Assembly: GCA_913061175.1 (NCBI GenBank)
Contig: CAJXUF010000001.1
Span: forward strand, 1 to 56,370
DNA from: an uncultured Psychrobacter sp.
GTDB taxonomy: Bacteria > Pseudomonadota > Gammaproteobacteria > Pseudomonadales > Moraxellaceae
Direction: 5' to 3'
Length of the DNA stretch: 56,370 bases
Made by a program: the position numbers and the translations under genes. The notes beneath the pieces were generated by a model. That model was not told where the DNA came from and did no database searches. It saw only the letters and a program-made list of their open reading frames with translations. Shown here one piece after another: positions 56,335 through 56,370 of the stretch; position 1 is the stretch's first letter; the number at the start of each line of letters is the position of its first letter.

Positions 56335-56370
56335 CTGTCTCTTATACACATCTGACGCTGCCGACGATAT
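56335..56370 (-). other. Nextera adapter, reverse complement; technical artefact
   Basis: CTGTCTCTTATACACATCT-GACGCTGCCGACGA-TAT. Confidence 0.98.

Noticed and set aside
1-56370. Window bounded by 19-bp inverted repeats, as for a Tn5 composite transposon
   Set aside because: They are Nextera mosaic ends with Illumina primer/index sequence; no transposase is present

Overview
Chromosomal fragment of a Moraxellaceae bacterium (probably Psychrobacter; inferred from gene order and protein character, not verified). Both ends are untrimmed Illumina Nextera adapter (1-48, 56335-56370). Host genes on the left: DUF2062, comEC, sppA, alpha/beta hydrolase, CPBP protease, dusA. Host genes on the right: MFS transporter, cardiolipin synthase-like PLD. 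Between them is an apparently complete ~43.95 kb temperate prophage (8604-52564) integrated into the 5' end of dusA by a tyrosine integrase. The 8-bp core is TCGATCAT. The phage supplies a synonymously recoded replacement dusA start, and the native start is stranded at attR. The prophage has a lambdoid control region (CI/Cro/CII, seven 18-bp operators, PL/PR/PR', Q), an iteron origin plus DnaB, a Sak3/YqaJ/SSB recombination module, contractile-tail morphogenesis genes and a holin/M15 endolysin cassette with no visible spanins. The least-explained items are: five self-contained morons in the late operon (two share a 37-nt promoter/RBS cassette; one has a structured leader whose loops are complementary to its RBS; one encodes an alpha/beta-hydrolase-TPR enzyme right behind the tailspike), two mirror-image candidate antisense sRNAs, and a duplicated motif in the baseplate wedge matching two fibres with paralogous anchors. 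Family assignments come from motif recognition only; no database searches were run.
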